Positions 8,737 to 19,645 of a DNA stretch of 64,000 nucleotides are shown here, piece after piece. The position numbers were made by a program, and so were the translations under genes. Every line of letters begins with the position of its first letter. The first letter of the stretch is position 1. The DNA is from Candidatus Thorarchaeota archaeon (lineage in GTDB: Archaea > Asgardarchaeota > Thorarchaeia > Thorarchaeales > Thorarchaeaceae), in assembly GCA_046482545.1 (NCBI GenBank), contig JAWOEX010000022.1:53817-117816 (forward strand), given 5' to 3'. The notes under the pieces are model-generated. The model saw nothing but the letters and a program-made list of their open reading frames with translations, made no database searches and was not told the origin of the DNA.

Positions 8737-9840
8737 TTGATTGCATTGAGACCTCCTTGCTACCTGTGTGGAAAACCTGCAGTTGTTGAGGGGTTATGTA
8801 CGGAGTGCTACAATGAAGAGCACCCGCTTATCAGGGTAGACACCCCTCTTCGAATGCTCATCTGTGACAGGTGTGGCGCTGTTAAGATGCAGGGTCGTTG
8901 GAAACAAATCACAGAGCGCATCTCGAGTCCTGAGGAGCTCATTGCTATCCAACTAGAAATCCTTCTTGACAAGGAAGTAGAAATGGTAGCCGAAGATGTG
9001 ACCTATTCAGTGATACAGAAGAAGAGGCTGGATCGAGTTGTGTATATCGATATTATAGCTCACGGGTGTTCACATCCTGAACTCACTCCCCACACAGAAA
9101 CGCATGAGGTCGAAGTTCGACTTGATTATGGGACATGTGACAGTTGTGGAATGATGAGGGGTGGTTATCATGAGGCAATACTACAAATCCGCGCAGACGA
9201 TCGAAAGCTAACTAAAGCTGAGGAAGATGAGATTCTCGAGACTGCGACAGACCTCACAATTGGGGAGTATGGCAAAGATAGTATGGCATACATAACCGAA
9301 ATCAGGCGAACCAAATATGGCATTGATATCAAGATTGGTTCAGAACATCTTTGTCGGATGATATCCGATGATTTGGAATCACGCTATTTGGCTGATCGCA
9401 AGCAGACGTACAAACTGATTGGTCAGGAATCTGATGGCAAGGAGAAGTACCGAACAACCATACTACTGAGATTACCACACTTCAAGGAGGGCGATTTTGT
9501 AGAGGTTGCTGGTACTCCCTGTCAAGTTCGTGCTATGGGAAAAGGGGGTCTCGTTTGTTATGATTTTGTAGACGGTAGTGAGTTCACGGTATCACCACGT
9601 AGCAACAAATGGCAAGAAATTGAATTCCTAGCGTCAGAATCTAAAAAACAAGAGTATATGGTTATCTCCAAGGCTTATGGAGAGCCCATTCAACTGATGA
9701 ATTCAGGAACCTACAAGGTGGAAAATCTGCCCGAGAGCTCTTTGACTTCTAATCTGGAGAATGGGGACAAGATAATGGCTGTCAAGCTACAGGGTAAGCT
9801 CTTTTATATTCCCTCTCCAGCTGCCTGTTCTGTAAAATAA
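8737..9840 (+). CDS. NMD3-family protein (60S export adaptor homolog)
   Basis: N-terminal Cys clusters CYLCGKP…GLCTECY…CDRCG. The overall length and the OB-like C-terminal part are typical of archaeal Nmd3. Confidence 0.75.
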   Translation: MIALRPPCYLCGKPAVVEGLCTECYNEEHPLIRVDTPLRMLICDRCGAVKMQGRWKQITERISSPEELIAIQLEILLDKEVEMVAEDVTYSVIQKKRLDRVVYIDIIAHGCSHPELTPHTETHEVEVRLDYGTCDSCGMMRGGYHEAILQIRADDRKLTKAEEDEILETATDLTIGEYGKDSMAYITEIRRTKYGIDIKIGSEHLCRMISDDLESRYLADRKQTYKLIGQESDGKEKYRTTILLRLPHFKEGDFVEVAGTPCQVRAMGKGGLVCYDFVDGSEFTVSPRSNKWQEIEFLASESKKQEYMVISKAYGEPIQLMNSGTYKVENLPESSLTSNLENGDKIMAVKLQGKLFYIPSPAACSVK

Positions 9841-10087
9841 ATCAAATCTCAAGCGAGTTTTGTTGGAGAAAGTGTGCAAATCTCAACATAAGACCACCAA
9901 TACCACCTTATCTTATCACTAGTGGCAATGTTTCTGAGATGATTATATGGCTTATTTTATAGAGCCTGAGATGCCAGACCGTGAATGTTGGGCTCATTCT
10001 CTTGGAGATGTCGTTAGCCTTAAATGTCCTCTACAGAAGCTCCTTGCAAGGTCAAATAGTGTTCTAGATGGCCTTGGAGATGTCGTT

Positions 10088-10405
10088 TTGGCCCGCGGAA
10101 AAAAATCAAATGATGACGAGCAACCGATGCGTGTCCGTGTTCCCGACAGTGATGAAGGCGAGCAATTTGGAATAATAGTTCAGATGTTGGGACATGATCG
10201 TGTCAGAGTTAGATGTGAAGATGGCCAGATGCGCGTGGGGCGGATTCCCGGTCGCATGAAGAAGAGAATCTGGATGCGGGTTGGAGATACTGTCCTGATT
10301 GTACCTTGGGCTTTTCAAAGCGATGAGAAATGTGATGTTATCTGGCGGTACAGGGGTAACGAGGTCGATTGGTTGGAACGGAAAGGCATATTGGAAATGT
10401 TCTAG
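10088..10405 (+). CDS. eif1a: Translation initiation factor 1A
   Basis: S1-like core [47 protein letters not shown]…VIWRY. A probable TTG start at 10088 gives an N-terminus MARGKK…. The first ATG is at 10127, and the long ORF from 9947 is probably an over-extension. Confidence 0.75.
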   Translation: MARGKKSNDDEQPMRVRVPDSDEGEQFGIIVQMLGHDRVRVRCEDGQMRVGRIPGRMKKRIWMRVGDTVLIVPWAFQSDEKCDVIWRYRGNEVDWLERKGILEMF

Positions 10406-10476
10406 AACAGGCCAAATTCTGATTTTATCTTTTTTTGTCTTTCAAGGGCCAAAGATAGGGTTAAGGTGGGATTGAT

Positions 10477-11280
10477 ATGGCACGACGAGAAGAAGAGTAT
10501 GATGATATCCTTTCACGATTTGAGAAAGCAGAAGAAGATGAGGATAAGAAGAAGAGAAAGGACTCTGACGAACTGAAAGTTGTTGAGGGCGTAATCGACC
10601 CGCCAACCCTTAAGATATTGTACAATCTTCTCAATCGTGGCATCATTGACTCTGTACATGGTATTATCAGCGCTGGTAAGGAAGCAAACGTCTATCGTGG
10701 ACAGAAACTAGATGATACATATGTTGCAATCAAAATCTATCGTATGACCACAGCACAGAAAGAGTACATGCAGAATTACATCGTTGGTGATCCTCGTTTC
10801 AAGCGGGTTGGAACTGGTGCAAGGTCTTTGATTCCTCAGTGGGCTAACAAGGAGTACAAGAATCTACAGCGGTTTCATGAATCAGGAGTGAGAGTGCCTG
10901 AGCCAATTGCCGTAAAACGTAATGTGTTGGTGATGGAATTCATCGGGGATGATGAAGAGGGTCTGCAAGCTCCCCTTCTCAAGGATATTGAGGTTCCTGA
11001 ACCCGAAGAAGTATTCAATGAAGTCATGGATATGATTCTTTGTGGATATCGGGATGCGGACCTAGTTCATGCAGATTTAAGTGAGTTCAATATCATGTGG
11101 TATGGTGGACCTGTTCTCATTGATGTATCACAAGCAGTTCTGACAGCTCACCCGCGCGCATCTGAGTTCCTCTTTCGCGATATTCAAAACATCACCCGAT
11201 ACTTTAACCGTCTAGATGTACAAACAGAAAGCCCGGCAAGAATGACTGAAGAAATTCTATCCTCCGTAGGTGAAAATTAG
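10477..11280 (+). CDS. rio1: RIO-type serine/threonine kinase Rio1
   Basis: RIO motifs ISAGKEANVY, LVHADLSEFN and IDVSQAV are present. The conserved eif1a-rio1-KH gene order supports the call. Confidence 0.85.
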   Translation: MARREEEYDDILSRFEKAEEDEDKKKRKDSDELKVVEGVIDPPTLKILYNLLNRGIIDSVHGIISAGKEANVYRGQKLDDTYVAIKIYRMTTAQKEYMQNYIVGDPRFKRVGTGARSLIPQWANKEYKNLQRFHESGVRVPEPIAVKRNVLVMEFIGDDEEGLQAPLLKDIEVPEPEEVFNEVMDMILCGYRDADLVHADLSEFNIMWYGGPVLIDVSQAVLTAHPRASEFLFRDIQNITRYFNRLDVQTESPARMTEEILSSVGEN

Positions 11281-11848
11281 CATGTTGTTTCAAGAGACAA
11301 TAAAGGTACCACGCGACCGAATCGGCGTGATTGTGGGTCGCGATGGAAAAATCAAGAAGCGACTGGAAGATATGACGAACGTGGATGTAGAAATCTCTGA
11401 TGAAGGAGTAGTCAAACTTACCGGTCATGAAGATTCACAGAATCCTGTACTCGCCTGGAAGGCTCGGAATATTATTCGTGCCATGGCCAGGGGTTTCAGT
11501 CCAGAGAATGCATTCACCCTTATGGATGATGACGCCAGGCTCGTGATAATCTCACTGCGAGACATTGTCGGCTCTTCTCCTCGTCAAATCAGAAGAGTTG
11601 CTGGGAGGATAATTGGTGAAGATGGCAAGACACGCAAAATAATTGAGCAGACGACTGAGACTATAGTCTCAGTCTATGGTTACACCGTTTCAATTATCGG
11701 CTACTATCCTGGTCTTGATTATGCTCGTAAAGCTATTAATCTGCTGATTTCTGGTGCTCCTCACAGTAGCGTCTATTCTAGATTAGAAAGTATGCGTCGC
11801 GATTTGAATCGCTATAAAGCACAGATTTGGGAAGAAAGCGACTTCTAA
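11270..11848 (+). CDS. KH-domain RNA-binding protein, Dim2/Pno1-like
   Basis: Two KH-like segments (IGVIVGRDGKIKKRLE… and AGRIIGEDGKTRKIIEQ). It sits in the position after rio1 that is typical in archaea. Confidence 0.75.
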   Translation: MKISMLFQETIKVPRDRIGVIVGRDGKIKKRLEDMTNVDVEISDEGVVKLTGHEDSQNPVLAWKARNIIRAMARGFSPENAFTLMDDDARLVIISLRDIVGSSPRQIRRVAGRIIGEDGKTRKIIEQTTETIVSVYGYTVSIIGYYPGLDYARKAINLLISGAPHSSVYSRLESMRRDLNRYKAQIWEESDF

Positions 11849-11908
11849 CTTGATGGGCGTAATACTGAATACTATAATCTTGCCAGTCAAAGATTTGTTT
11901 GGCATAGA

Positions 11909-13423
11909 ATGACACAGAGTCCAAGCAGAGTATTCACCAGCATTTCGCCAGCGGAGTTCTTCTACCGAAATCGCCAGATGGCCGGTTTCGGGAATCCCAC
12001 ACAAGCTGTCTATTCCGCAGTGCGCGAGCTTGTTGAAAACAGTCTTGATTCTTGCGAAGATGCAGGTAGAAGACCCAAAATTAAGGTGGAAATAGATGAA
12101 TCCCCTTCGGGTGTCGTTCGTATCTCGGTTTCAGACAATGGTGAAGGCATCCCTGATGCACATGTTGCTAATTCATTTGGTCGTGTACTTTACGGCAGCA
12201 AGTATCTTTCCCGTCAAAGACGTGGTACTTTCGGACTTGGAGTGACAATGGCCGTACTCTATGGACAGATAACCACGGAGAATCCAGTTAAGATATACAC
12301 CTGCACAGAGAGAGAGAACACAGGAAGGACCTACGAATTATTCATTGATGTTGAAAACAACAGGCCAATTATCCTATCTGTCGAGCATGTGAATCGAAAC
12401 ACAATCGGAACATCAGTTCGCATCACCATGAAAGGTTCCGTTTCCAGAGCCTATGATCGGATAGTTGATTATCTCAAGCTGACTTCTGTCTCTACCCCCC
12501 ATTCCCAGATTAAGCTTGTACGTGGTGGGAAATTGGAGTTTTCCATTGGCCCATTGTGTGATACGCTACCTCCATCTCCCGTTCCAGTAAAACCGCATCC
12601 ACATGCTGCTGATATGGAACTGCTCCGAAGGTTGGTCAAGAAACGGTCTGAAACACCCCTTCGTCAGTTCCTTCAGAAATCCTTCCAGCAAGTTGGTCGT
12701 GTTACTTCTTCGAAAATAATCGACTTTCTTGCTATGAATCCACAGCGAGAAGTTGGCGCTCTGGATCGTTCAGAGATAAATAGGTTAAGTACGGTTCTCC
12801 AGAACTTTAAGGGGCTTGGTCGCCCAACTACTGAGTGTCTTAGCCCGATAGGGGAACATGCTTTCATGAATGCTGTATGTCAAACATATGACGCAGCTGA
12901 TGTTGGTTATGCAACAAAAGGGCCATTCGAATGGAGTGGCCATCCATTCATTGTTGAGGGCGTAGTTGCTATTGGTGGAAATTTACAGAAGACCAAAACT
13001 CCCATACTACACCGTTTCACAAATCGAGTTCCTCTCCTTTATGACGCTAGTGAAGATGTAATGACCAAGGTTCTCAATGGGATCAACTGGTCCAGATATG
13101 GTCTCACTACATCAAAAAGAGTGGGCTTGTTCATTCATTTCTGCTCAACACGGGTGCCCTACAAAGCTACTGGCAAACAGTCAGTGGCAGGTGAAGAGGA
13201 TATAGAATCGCAACTTGCCTTGCTCTATAAAGAACTCGGTAGATACCTAAGACGCATGACGAAGGACAAGAGAAAACGGGCTAGAAGAATAAAGGAAGCA
13301 AAGAAGCATTCAAAATGGCTCACTCTGATTGCTGAACTTGGTACAGAACTATCTGGAGCAGATGAGGTTCCCCCAACTCGGCCTTTAGTCGAAGATCTTT
13401 TCGAGGTGAATCTTGATGTCTAG
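11909..13423 (+). CDS. top6B: DNA topoisomerase VI subunit B
   Basis: GHKL/Bergerat ATPase motifs (ELVENSLDS, VSDNGEGIP, GTFGLG) and a transducer domain. Its stop overlaps the top6A start. Confidence 0.9.
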   Translation: MTQSPSRVFTSISPAEFFYRNRQMAGFGNPTQAVYSAVRELVENSLDSCEDAGRRPKIKVEIDESPSGVVRISVSDNGEGIPDAHVANSFGRVLYGSKYLSRQRRGTFGLGVTMAVLYGQITTENPVKIYTCTERENTGRTYELFIDVENNRPIILSVEHVNRNTIGTSVRITMKGSVSRAYDRIVDYLKLTSVSTPHSQIKLVRGGKLEFSIGPLCDTLPPSPVPVKPHPHAADMELLRRLVKKRSETPLRQFLQKSFQQVGRVTSSKIIDFLAMNPQREVGALDRSEINRLSTVLQNFKGLGRPTTECLSPIGEHAFMNAVCQTYDAADVGYATKGPFEWSGHPFIVEGVVAIGGNLQKTKTPILHRFTNRVPLLYDASEDVMTKVLNGINWSRYGLTTSKRVGLFIHFCSTRVPYKATGKQSVAGEEDIESQLALLYKELGRYLRRMTKDKRKRARRIKEAKKHSKWLTLIAELGTELSGADEVPPTRPLVEDLFEVNLDV

Positions 13424-14468
13424 CTTCGATGATGCGCAAGATGCTCTGTATAATCTGGGTAAACAGATCGTGGATTCACTTAATGATGGCGACTTTCCTG
13501 CTTTGCAACTTCCCGACAGGACTACGAACAACATCCTCTTTGATGAGACAACAGGCCAATTTGTTCTTGGTGGCTCACACGTTACTAGGGACTCCAAGAA
13601 TACCAAACACATCAAGAGTCTGTCTCAATTGATGTGGGTTGCTGCTTTTGCCAAGAAACTTCTAGGTGCACAAAGAACAAGTTCGCTAAGAGACCTTTAC
13701 TATTCGAGTGACGGTGAGGACGTCAAATTCTCTAGTCAATCAGAATCGGATAGAATCGTTGCCGACTTGGAATCATTTACGGGGCTGGCTCGTGAGGATT
13801 TTGGTATCTTTCCGGAGGAACACTCATCGGTATATGGGCATGTAAAGATGGAATATACCGTTCCAGGCTACGAGGGGCGTGAAGTTGATCTCACCATCAG
13901 CCCAGATGGTTTGCCCATAGGTCCCGCTCTCATGACTGCAGAACCATTACATACTGATGCAGATCTTGTTCTTGCGGTGGAATCCGGTGGTATGTTTTCC
14001 CGCCTCATTGAGACAAATGCATGGGAGAAATTCAATGCTGTTCTAGTGCAGCTCGGAGGTCAACCTCCCAGAGCCACCAGACGGCTGATGAAGAGGCTCC
14101 ATGAATACCTCGATCTTCCACTGTACATATTCACTGACGGTGATCCATGGGGTCTCCATATAGCTAAGGTGATTATCTGTGGGAGTGCAAGCTCTGCCCA
14201 CATCAGGGGTTTGACAATCCCAGAAGCTCACTGGATTGGTGTCACTGCTGCTGATATTGTAGACTATGAGTTGCCAACCGAACCAATGACCGATACGGAT
14301 ATGAAACGCTTGGATGAGCTCAAGGGAGATATTCGCTACAAGGATCCAGAATGGCAAGCATATATCGATGACTTCAAGAAGATACGAAAGAAAGCGGAAC
14401 AACAGGCTTTTAGTCGTCATGGCATGGATTATGTTGTGAATGTCTATCTTCCAAATAAGCTGGATTAG
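13413..14468 (+). CDS. top6A: DNA topoisomerase VI subunit A (Spo11 homolog)
   Basis: Winged-helix/5Y-CAP region and a Toprim region with DGDPWG are present. Confidence 0.9.
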   Translation: MMSSFDDAQDALYNLGKQIVDSLNDGDFPALQLPDRTTNNILFDETTGQFVLGGSHVTRDSKNTKHIKSLSQLMWVAAFAKKLLGAQRTSSLRDLYYSSDGEDVKFSSQSESDRIVADLESFTGLAREDFGIFPEEHSSVYGHVKMEYTVPGYEGREVDLTISPDGLPIGPALMTAEPLHTDADLVLAVESGGMFSRLIETNAWEKFNAVLVQLGGQPPRATRRLMKRLHEYLDLPLYIFTDGDPWGLHIAKVIICGSASSAHIRGLTIPEAHWIGVTAADIVDYELPTEPMTDTDMKRLDELKGDIRYKDPEWQAYIDDFKKIRKKAEQQAFSRHGMDYVVNVYLPNKLD

Positions 14469-14479
14469 CTTATCCAGTA

Positions 14480-15505
14480 TTACACTCCAGATACAAGCAG
14501 GAGAATTACACCTCCGTAAGCGATTATTCCCTGCAACAAAATCAAAAATGTGACATTTTTCTTCTCACTAATACCGTCGAAGAAATGGGGGAGCAACCAG
14601 TATATTGTATAAGGCCCAGCAACCGAAAGACTACCATCTTCTCTTGGTTCTGCAAATTTCTGGTATTCCATTCCCGTTCTTTTTACGTCCAATCTATACA
14701 CAAGATACAATACGAAATTCAGTAAGAAGGGCGTGTACAGGATAACTGCTAGTCGATTCATGTTCCCTATGATGAGCGACGCTGCCATGGCTGCTCCCAT
14801 TGGCAGTCTTCCCACATCTCCCGGCAGAACCTTCGCTGGATACTTATTGAACGCAAAGAAGACGATAGAGGCCCCCAGAAGCGAAGCTGCGATAGTTGCT
14901 CCATCTATCTGGTGTTGACCGAGGCTTCTCTCCGTGAGGAGAGGTTTCAATACTATATACGCTAATATGGCTGATGAATTCACAATACTGAGGCCGCTCT
15001 CAAGGCCATTCATTCCGCCATACATATTCGTACTATCTATGATAAAGGTAGTCATCAATGGAACCACAACCAACGGATATGCCCACAGCAGATTAACCTC
15101 TCCTATGAGGGGTATGGCCATCGTTGTAGTTCCCACATTTAGTGCCATGAGCGGGATAGAGGCAACTATTGGCACGATAATCTTTGTCCTATCTCTGAAA
15201 TCCAAATTATCATCTAAAAGACCAACCATCCCTGCCATGAGTATTGAAACCAATGCACCAAGTATGGCGGGATTTACAGCATTGTCCAAAACAAAAGTGG
15301 AGAAACCGACTATAACCAACAAAGAGCTCACGATGGCAAATAGAAGAATAAACCCTCCGCCTTTTGGAACCTTATGCTTGCTCTTTTTATGGATATCCTC
15401 GGCCAGACGTTTCCTATCCTCCAGCATTTCTATCGTATTTGGTAAGAACACTAGCATGATTACTATTGATATGACAAATGCCATGAGAATTATGAACAAG
15501 TTCAT
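14480..15505 (-). CDS. Glycosyltransferase family 4 polyprenyl-phosphate HexNAc-1-phosphate transferase (AglH/MraY/WecA-like)
   Basis: Polytopic membrane protein with the motifs LLDDNLDF and IDSTNMYGGMNGLESG. Confidence 0.7.
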   Translation of the reverse strand: MNLFIILMAFVISIVIMLVFLPNTIEMLEDRKRLAEDIHKKSKHKVPKGGGFILLFAIVSSLLVIVGFSTFVLDNAVNPAILGALVSILMAGMVGLLDDNLDFRDRTKIIVPIVASIPLMALNVGTTTMAIPLIGEVNLLWAYPLVVVPLMTTFIIDSTNMYGGMNGLESGLSIVNSSAILAYIVLKPLLTERSLGQHQIDGATIAASLLGASIVFFAFNKYPAKVLPGDVGRLPMGAAMAASLIIGNMNRLAVILYTPFLLNFVLYLVYRLDVKRTGMEYQKFAEPREDGSLSVAGPYTIYWLLPHFFDGISEKKNVTFLILLQGIIAYGGVILLLVSGV

Positions 15506-15681
15506 ACCTCATGTCACGCTGCATTTGTAATACCTTTTAACACTTCTCTAGTAAATAAGATTGTACGGACATTGTACGTCCGAAATCTATTTTAGCGAAC
15601 CAGAAGCTGAGCGAATTGTTCGTAGTGTATCCTGACTGTACACTGCACTTTCACGAACAAGCAAACCAAGGTGATTAAATC

Positions 15682-18633
15682 TTGAGCATGCTCCATAGAA
15701 GGACGTTGACATTTGCACTACTGGTACTACTCTTTGCCAGCAGCATGGCAACAACCATGTCTTATCCCCACAACTGGGACAATTCCGCATTTGATAGTGA
15801 ACCTATAGATTCTTCCTCGGTTGCGGATTCACCCCGGAACATCTCAATTCCGTATGTTGATGCCCACTATGGGTATGCAGATGGGATCATAGATCCAACA
15901 GAGTATAGCCAAAACTACACAGATCCTGCAACTGGAATCACAGTACATCTTGAGCATAATTCATCAGTTCTATATGTTGGTTTATCTGCTCCAACAACAG
16001 GCTGGCTGGCTATCGCATGGAAAAACCAATCCTCCACATTCAGTACCGATGGTCTCAATGGCAGTGATTTGATTTATGGAGCTGCCACGGGAACTCCCCT
16101 ATCTGGATATCCTCGTGTCACGCCTGATGATCCGGTCACCGTGAACTACGAACTCTATAGTCGAAACGGGAGTTTTATTGAAGAAGGCAAGGTGCCAGGG
16201 GAAAATTCGACAACCCCAATTGAGGATGAAAAGTTGCTGGAGGCCTACAAGGAGCAGATTATTGGAATGCGTATTGGTGAAGTACGTCATTTCGTGATTC
16301 CTGCTGAAGAAGCCTACAACGATCCAAGTCACCCCATGTATGGTGAGGACTTGGAGTACATCATTACCCTAGAATCTATCGGGACTAATTCCTATAACCC
16401 CGCAAGCGAGAGTTCCATTGCCTATAGCGATGAATATGGAATCAGTACCTTTCAGCATCTCCCTGATGCTAACCAAAGCAGGATATTGTCAGCAGATGCT
16501 AGTCTAGTTGGCGGAACGACGCAGGTTGAATACTTCATTCAGATGAACAGCACCGATCCTTATGACATCCCTCTCTATAACACGACAGATGCAAGATTTC
16601 CTTTTGTTCTTCTTCGTGGTTCGAATGATGATTTCGATACACTTCCGGTTCAACATACAGAATGGACAAAGCCATTCAATATGCAGATTACATCAAATAC
16701 ACCTCCGGTTCTGGAGATAGTCAACCCCACACCTAATGCAGTACTTGGCTTGGTGACAACTCTGAAGCTTAACGCAACCGATGATGGGTTCGTAAGGCGT
16801 TGCTTCTACAGAGTTGATGACGGAGAATGGACAGAGTTCTACCATAATTTCAAGTCGGATCTCTGGGAATCTCAATCCGATTTATCGGACTATGATAATG
16901 GCACGCATACTATCTGGTTCAATGCCACTGACGCCTCCAATGTAAGCAGTGTAGCATCTGTGGATGTAATCTTCTACTGGCCGCAGATACCTCTTCTTGG
17001 TATGCGGTTAAGCGTGAGACGGAGTTTTACCACCCGCGAACATCATTTGACAGAGATAGAAGACACCTATACTGTCAAGAACAATGGCTCGGCTCCCATC
17101 AGCTCGATAGAAGTTTTCTTACCAGCGACATGGGAGAGTTATTTCCTTTCAATTTCAGCATCAGACGCAAGCAAGCGCGAGATTGAAGTAATTAGATTGC
17201 CTAATAGGGCTGACCTCATGCATTGGCGTTTGCATTTCTTTGAGCCTGTTTCTGTTGATGAGTCGTATAACTTCACATCTGTGATGCACTTCCATTCCCT
17301 TCACACACTTCTGTCCGAGGAGGGGGACATCTATGAAATCAGTTTCTTGAGATATCCAGTTGTCCCCTATGTTCTGAGAAGAGCGAGTTTAAGTGTGGAA
17401 TTTAGAAGCGGCGACTCTCTAGACAGTGAGAATGTTGACGGTGCCAGTAATAACTTGGAACCAATGACTTCTGACATGTTCACTATTAATATTACATCTC
17501 ATACACCGTATCTTACAGCCGAAAGGAGAACCAGTGTAAAACTAAATTCTTGGGGGTGGTTGGTCTACTCTGAAGAAATCACCTTGCACAATATTGGAAC
17601 CACGAGTGAAAACAAGGTAAGTTTCGAAGTCCCTGCCTATGCAGAAGGTATTCAGATTCACGATAAAGTTGGGATACTTGCAAAATCCCAGAGAACCACA
17701 GACCACAAATTTAACGAGTCTGTTGAGTTTACAATCGATTTACAGGGTGATCGTTTCGGGGACGAGAAATTCAAATCCGGCTGGGACTATTCTTTCCAAA
17801 TCAATTACTTCGTTCAACTAGCAAGTTATGTAAGTCCTACTGCTGGTGGAAGCCAGCTCGAACTTCCAATGGGAACTTTGACCAATATTCTTGTGTCTAA
17901 GCATACGGTAGACCTCGTTCTCTCAAATTCGGTTTCGGTAGTTGAAGCGTCAGGGAACTACAGATTCCTTTATGGCCCCTTTGATACAACCCTTCGCTAT
18001 CGAATTTTCAACACAACACAGTATAATCCGCCTGAAGTAGGATTGGTCTATAACTTAGGTGTCGGGATAATATCAAGGCCTCTGGTTTTCGCTCTTATCA
18101 TCGGTTTAATCGCAACAATCTATGTCTCATACCGCAAAATAAGACCCAAAGGTGCTGCACCCATTGTTGGCAAGTCAACCGAAGAAGTTCGCAGACAAAT
18201 TGGAGCTCCACCTGAACTCCTTAGAAAGTTCGCAGATATGTATTCAAGAAAGACAGCTCTTGAAATGGATCTTGAGAAGCTCCAAGCTTCCAGAAGAAGA
18301 GGGAAAGTATCTAAGAAGGAATATATGATTCGGGAAAAGAATATCAAGTCTAAGCTTGAGGAAATAGATAATGAGCTACCCTCGGTTAAGGATGAGCTCA
18401 TTTCTCATGGCTCAAAGTATCGTGATATGATTGCACAATTGGAGCTTCAGAATGAGAAGGTCGAAGGAGCCAAGGCTGGATTGCGGCAACTCCTTCTGAG
18501 GAAGAAAAAGCAGCGTATCAGCAGAGCTGCGTTCGAGAAGTCTCGGCAGGATTACTTGAAAACCATAAAAGAAGCAACGGGAGCCATCGACAGAATTCTC
18601 CTATCAATCGAAGAAGAAGCAGGAGAACTGTAA
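15682..18633 (+). CDS. Large cell-surface glycoprotein with an FKBP-like PPIase domain, a C-terminal TM anchor and a cytoplasmic coiled coil
   Basis: Signal peptide MSMLHRRTLTFALLVLLFASSMA, followed by an FKBP-like segment (…IGMRIGEVRHFVIPAEEAYNDPSHPMYGEDLEYIITLESI). The ectodomain carries more than 25 N-x-S/T sequons. A TM helix LVFALIIGLIATIYVSY is followed by a KE-rich coiled-coil tail. Confidence 0.55.
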   Translation: MSMLHRRTLTFALLVLLFASSMATTMSYPHNWDNSAFDSEPIDSSSVADSPRNISIPYVDAHYGYADGIIDPTEYSQNYTDPATGITVHLEHNSSVLYVGLSAPTTGWLAIAWKNQSSTFSTDGLNGSDLIYGAATGTPLSGYPRVTPDDPVTVNYELYSRNGSFIEEGKVPGENSTTPIEDEKLLEAYKEQIIGMRIGEVRHFVIPAEEAYNDPSHPMYGEDLEYIITLESIGTNSYNPASESSIAYSDEYGISTFQHLPDANQSRILSADASLVGGTTQVEYFIQMNSTDPYDIPLYNTTDARFPFVLLRGSNDDFDTLPVQHTEWTKPFNMQITSNTPPVLEIVNPTPNAVLGLVTTLKLNATDDGFVRRCFYRVDDGEWTEFYHNFKSDLWESQSDLSDYDNGTHTIWFNATDASNVSSVASVDVIFYWPQIPLLGMRLSVRRSFTTREHHLTEIEDTYTVKNNGSAPISSIEVFLPATWESYFLSISASDASKREIEVIRLPNRADLMHWRLHFFEPVSVDESYNFTSVMHFHSLHTLLSEEGDIYEISFLRYPVVPYVLRRASLSVEFRSGDSLDSENVDGASNNLEPMTSDMFTINITSHTPYLTAERRTSVKLNSWGWLVYSEEITLHNIGTTSENKVSFEVPAYAEGIQIHDKVGILAKSQRTTDHKFNESVEFTIDLQGDRFGDEKFKSGWDYSFQINYFVQLASYVSPTAGGSQLELPMGTLTNILVSKHTVDLVLSNSVSVVEASGNYRFLYGPFDTTLRYRIFNTTQYNPPEVGLVYNLGVGIISRPLVFALIIGLIATIYVSYRKIRPKGAAPIVGKSTEEVRRQIGAPPELLRKFADMYSRKTALEMDLEKLQASRRRGKVSKKEYMIREKNIKSKLEEIDNELPSVKDELISHGSKYRDMIAQLELQNEKVEGAKAGLRQLLLRKKKQRISRAAFEKSRQDYLKTIKEATGAIDRILLSIEEEAGEL

Positions 18634-18788
18634 CTATAGGAAACAGGCCCTGCGATAGAGATATAATCACGATGGATGTTGGTAAAGCCTCTACCTAGTT
18701 GATAGTATTTACACCAAATAAACTACATTGTGAAATGTTTAATTGGTACGCTATTGTGGGTTGATGCCCCTCCTTCAGGTGGCCATCG

Positions 18789-19643
18789 ATGAACAATGAA
18801 ACATTGCTAGATCGTGATGCTATTTCAGCGGGTGACCTTGTGTCTTCGGGCACAAAGGCCTATGAGATGTATAATTATCTACAGACCTCGCCCAAAATAC
18901 AATCTTATCTACGTGCCGCCAATCGAATGGCGGTATCCCGTTTAGGATACACCGACCATGGACCAGTACATGCAGAAGTAGCAACATGGAACGCTCTTCG
19001 CGCCTTTGATATTCTTGACGATACTTTCAAGCCAAACATTGTTGCTGAGGATTTGGGCAATACAGACGATGCACGAATGATTGTTCTTGCATCCACTTAT
19101 CTACATGATATTGGTATGGTTGTCCACCGCCAAGAACATGCGATTTCCGCCATGCAGATTGCTAGCCCTATTTTGGAATCCAAGTTGGATGAGATGTATG
19201 GTAATCCTGCTAAGGCTGCCGATATTCTCAGTTTCATTCTGCACGGGATATATGCACATGATGATGACACTCAATGTCTCACTCTCGAGGCTGGTGTCAC
19301 GAAAATTGGTGATGGCTGCGATATGACCAAGGGCAGAACCATAGTCCCTTTCCAGAAGGGAAAAGTGGATATACACAGTGTCAGTGCACTTGCCATCACT
19401 GATGTTCTTCTTGACCGGGGAGAGGATAGGCCTTTACTGATTACGGTTCATATGGACAATCCCGCAGGGGTATTTCAAGTCCAAACTATTCTTGAGAAGA
19501 AATTAGGTACATCTGGCCTGCAGAACCAAGTTTCAATCGACGTAGTAGTGAATGGAGACCGATTGGTTCTCACAGAAGTGAAACGCCTTTTCAAAGTACA
19601 GATGAAAGAACCTACGGATCTAAGTGTCCATCAAAAAGATTAA
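18789..19643 (+). CDS. HD-domain metal-dependent phosphohydrolase
   Basis: HD signature H…HD (HGPVH…, YLHDIGM) and a later D. 284 aa. Confidence 0.6.
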   Translation: MNNETLLDRDAISAGDLVSSGTKAYEMYNYLQTSPKIQSYLRAANRMAVSRLGYTDHGPVHAEVATWNALRAFDILDDTFKPNIVAEDLGNTDDARMIVLASTYLHDIGMVVHRQEHAISAMQIASPILESKLDEMYGNPAKAADILSFILHGIYAHDDDTQCLTLEAGVTKIGDGCDMTKGRTIVPFQKGKVDIHSVSALAITDVLLDRGEDRPLLITVHMDNPAGVFQVQTILEKKLGTSGLQNQVSIDVVVNGDRLVLTEVKRLFKVQMKEPTDLSVHQKD

Positions 19644-19645
19644 GG

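Noticed and set aside
9947-10087. Long N-terminal extension of eIF1A ([14 protein letters not shown]…)
   Set aside because: eIF1A is about 100-115 aa in all archaea. A TTG at 10088 yields a canonical MARGKK… N-terminus, so the upstream ATG is probably not used.
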